A stretch of 64,000 nt of DNA, taken from the NCBI GenBank assembly GCA_002189035.1, contig NEEC01000013.1, positions 868,001-932,000 of the forward strand, in the 5' to 3' direction. Numbering within the stretch: the stretch's first letter is position 1; every line of letters begins with the position of its first letter. The position numbers and the translations under genes were made by a program. Shown here in pieces: positions 60,794 to 64,000 of this stretch. The notes beneath the pieces were generated by a model. That model saw only the letters and a list, made by a program, of their open reading frames with translations. It was not told the DNA's origin and made no database searches. This stretch comes from Utricularia gibba (lineage: Eukaryota > Plantae > Magnoliophyta).

Positions 60794-63700
60794 ATGAAGA
60801 AAAAGAAGCTTGGAACCACAAACTCCACAAAAGCACAGTCTCTATTAGATCAGGTGGTGGTGGATGACACCTTTGACCTAATCAAAATCTGTTTTTCACC
60901 TCTGAAAGCTTGGAAAAATCTAGCACATGCTTATGGAAAAAATCAGCAAATGCTTCTCTTGGAAAAAGCCATGAAATGGCAATTGTTTGAGAACATCAAA
61001 ATGGTATCTGACCAAAGCATTGCTAATTTCTCGAACTATCTTACCAAAATAGTCAATGACTTGAAGCAACTAGTAGAGACTCTCGATGATGACCAGATCC
61101 GCATGAATATCATCAATATTATCCCTCCTCTATATGCATTCATCAATAACGTCTTCATTTTTTATGGTAGGATCCATACCATGACCCACAAACAAGTGCT
61201 TGAGGTCTCAAATGTGTAGAAATGCGATACAAGAACTATGAGTAGTGATATTCACTTGACTCTACATTCAAAGCCCAAGAAGTTTCAAACTTTCATATAA
61301 CAAGAAAGGCTGATCAACCACCAGCCAAGCTCACACCCATAAAGAGGACCAACAATCAGAATCCATGCCCTTTGTGCAAACAGAAAAATCACCTGCCTAC
61401 TCCATGCGATGGCATCCCAAAGCACTCTACCCATGCAAATTGACTAGACACCTAGAGAAAGTATGAGGAAATATTGTCCTTTAGACAACAAATCTACAAA
61501 GAGCCTTGAGAAAGTCACTAGGAAATTAAATGATGTAACCCTCTCTAAAGAATCTACTAAAAGAATGTGAAATTTTACTCATTATTCAAAACAAATTATT
61601 TACAACTTTTATAGAGTTGCGGAAGCAAGTTGTCTAGTTGGTGGATAGCAGATGCAACCATCACCTAAAAAATGATCTTATGTTCTAAATGTCTCACATA
61701 ACTTGTTGAGTATAGGTTAGCTCATGGAAAAATAATTTAACATACACTTGGAGGACAACAAATGCATCATTCGAGATGCCAACAACAACATTATACTTAC
61801 CTTTTCTATGATTGATTGCATATTTCTTCTAAACCTATAAAATCCACCTCTACACTCTCAGGTCTAATTGATGTCTCTAAAGAATCTATACTATGGCACA
61901 AGAGATTAGGGCACCACCACTATGGTTTCATCGAAACAAAGGACTAGCTGAAGGCATTCCTCACCTTACACATTAGGATAAGTTATGTAGTGTTTGTCTT
62001 TAATGCAAACAAACCCGAAAGCCATTCTTGAAAATTGGTTCAAATGATCTTCACAAGCTTGATACAGTGGTTACAGACATGTGTGGCCCGATGAATATCT
62101 TTAGAAATGAAGTAAATAGATACTATGCCTTGTTTGAGGAATTCTCCAAATATACATGGCTTTATCTCCTCAAAAAGAAATCAAATGTGTTGCACTACTT
62201 CATGATATTTAAAGCCATGGTTGAAGCACAGAGTGGTAGGAAAATACTTACATTGACATCCGAACACAAAGGTCAATACATCTCTACCAAACTCAAAAAT
62301 ATATGTGAAAATGACAAGAATAGTGCACTAATTTATAGCTCCATACATAGTACAACAAAATAGGACCTATGAAAGGAAAAACCACACCATGATGAATATG
62401 ACGAGATGCATTTTATATGAGAAGAAAGTACCTTTGCAATTCTAGGGAAAATTAGTACACACAAAAGGCATAAAGGAGAGAAAGTCACCATACAATTTTT
62501 GGTTCAAAAAAAACCAGACTTATATCATCTAAGAATTTTTGGATTTTTCTGCTACATACTCAGGCCAAGGAACTAAGGGCCAAACTAGACACCAAATTTA
62601 CAATGAGAATATTTCTAAGTTATTCCAATACTAACTAAGCATACCATGTGTTAAATCTTACCTGCCACAAAATAGGGCTCATTTAAGATGTTATAGTAGA
62701 TGAGTCAAAATGCTTTGACTAAGGAAATCTTTCATCTTCCTCTCAAATGGAAGCCTCTACAGTCAACGTGTTAAATTTGTTCTCTTAAAATCAAGAAGTG
62801 AATAATACTCTTTATGATATGCATGTTCACCCAAACTCTTCGAAATTTTCAACTGCCACAAGTGTCAACTCAGACTTGTCTACTTTCAATATTCTGAACA
62901 ATTACAATGATCTCAACTCACAATCAAGTGATGGTTAGAAAGATCCTGACTCTGTCAATGAATAGAATAGAGTCAGTGAAGATCATGACAATTCATGAAA
63001 TATTGAGGACACACCAGGAGACAATCTTGATTGCTCAACAACTCTCATCAAAATTTCACACTTGAAATAAATGAGGGATCTCCTCAACTCCTCTCTACGA
63101 ATGAAGTGCATGAGGGATCTCCTCAACTCCTTCTGATAGACCCTATGAATGCATCATCAATTAACACTAGATCAAAAGAACTTGCATCACACTACCCATA
63201 TGCTAGATGTGATGGAAATTTGAGTAATCATAATTGATTCAAATCCCGTAGAGTGGCCAAAGGTTACCTTCAACAGGCGGGTATCGACTACTACAAGACA
63301 TTCACTCTAGTAGCCTGACTCAATACAATCAAACTAATTATAGACATGACAATTGTAACTACTAGAAGTTTCATCACTTAGGCATCAAATGTGCTTTTTT
63401 AAATGGAAAGCTACATGAGAAATAAAGGATGGGAAGAACAAGGTACTAAAGGTTAAGAAAACACTATATGGATTGAAGTAAGTACCTAAAGAGTCGTACT
63501 CTACCATCGATTCCTATTTCATCGAATTGGGATATAATAGAAGCAACAACGACACTACACTTTATGTTATGAACACCTAAGCAGGCAAGGTTATCATATC
63601 ACTACTTGTAGATGATATCCTAATTACAAGAAGTAATCCTGACCTCATTGAAGAATAAAAAGCTAGGTTGGAAAATGGCTTCAAATTGGTGGGTCTCGAT

Positions 63701-64000
63701 CTTACCAAATACTTTCTTGGCTTAGAAGTTTTGTAAGACCAAGAATACATACTTGTGAGCCAAAAAAATATATTGAGGATTTAATGGTCAGATATGGACT
63801 TCAAGATGCCAAGGGTAGCAAAGTACTATTTCCTCCCGAAGTTAAACTAAAATTTGCAAATGGTGAGATTGAGCATGCCAATGTGCAAGAATACCAATGC
63901 CTCAATGGCGTCCTCTTATGCCCAACCGCAAAAAGACTTAACATTACATTTGCAATGTCTTATCTATCTAGATTCATGCACAAACCTTACACTATACACA
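60794..64000 (+). mobile_element. Degenerate Ty1/copia (Ivana/Oryco-like) gag-pol running off the window end
   Basis: UBN2-like QVVVDDTFDLIK..AWKNL..FENIKMVSDQSIANF; WHKRLGH; TDMCGPM and FEEFSKYTWLYLLKKKS (integrase); VAKGYLQQAGIDY, LKKTLYGL, LVDDILIT, YFLGLEV (RT). Confidence 0.85.

Noticed and set aside
63068-63135. Duplicated ATGAGGGATCTCCTCAACTCCT
   Set aside because: Ordinary short repeat in the copia integrase-RT spacer.
1-64000. tRNA, rRNA, CRISPR, viral or bacterial HGT segments
   Set aside because: None recognised. All identifiable content is plant genes with spliceosomal introns and plant transposons.

Overview
Plant (eudicot-like) nuclear genomic window. It holds five recognisable host genes: a MATH-BTB gene of the BPM4/5/6 clade (+), a monofunctional homoserine dehydrogenase (+), a FAR1-related FRS3-like gene (+), SERRATE (-) and an EIN3/EIL1-like transcription factor (-). 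Between them lie dense transposon stacks: nested Ty1/copia elements at 1.2-8.5 kb; an Athila element interrupted by an inverted LTR and a hAT, followed by a PIF/Harbinger, a copia remnant and an LTR fragment at 18.4-37.7 kb; and a MuDR remnant, solo LTR and copia at 54.6-64 kb. The most striking structure is a 1,651-bp non-autonomous Mutator-like foldback element (about 690-bp inverted arms, exact 10-bp target-site duplication GCCAATTGTG) inserted into coding exon 2 of SERRATE, a core miRNA-processing and splicing factor. The element end supplies a CAG|GT donor, and the duplicated exon sequence supplies an AG-free tract, a YTRAY branch point and a CAG|G acceptor. These could excise the whole insertion in frame at a cost of 4 codons, and the pre-mRNA would meanwhile contain a very long hairpin. 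This SERRATE copy also shows several other frameshifts, and BPM and FRS3 each show a 1-bp homopolymer frameshift, so real degeneration versus assembly error must be resolved. All alignments and identities were judged by eye; family and lineage names come from recalled motifs, not database searches.
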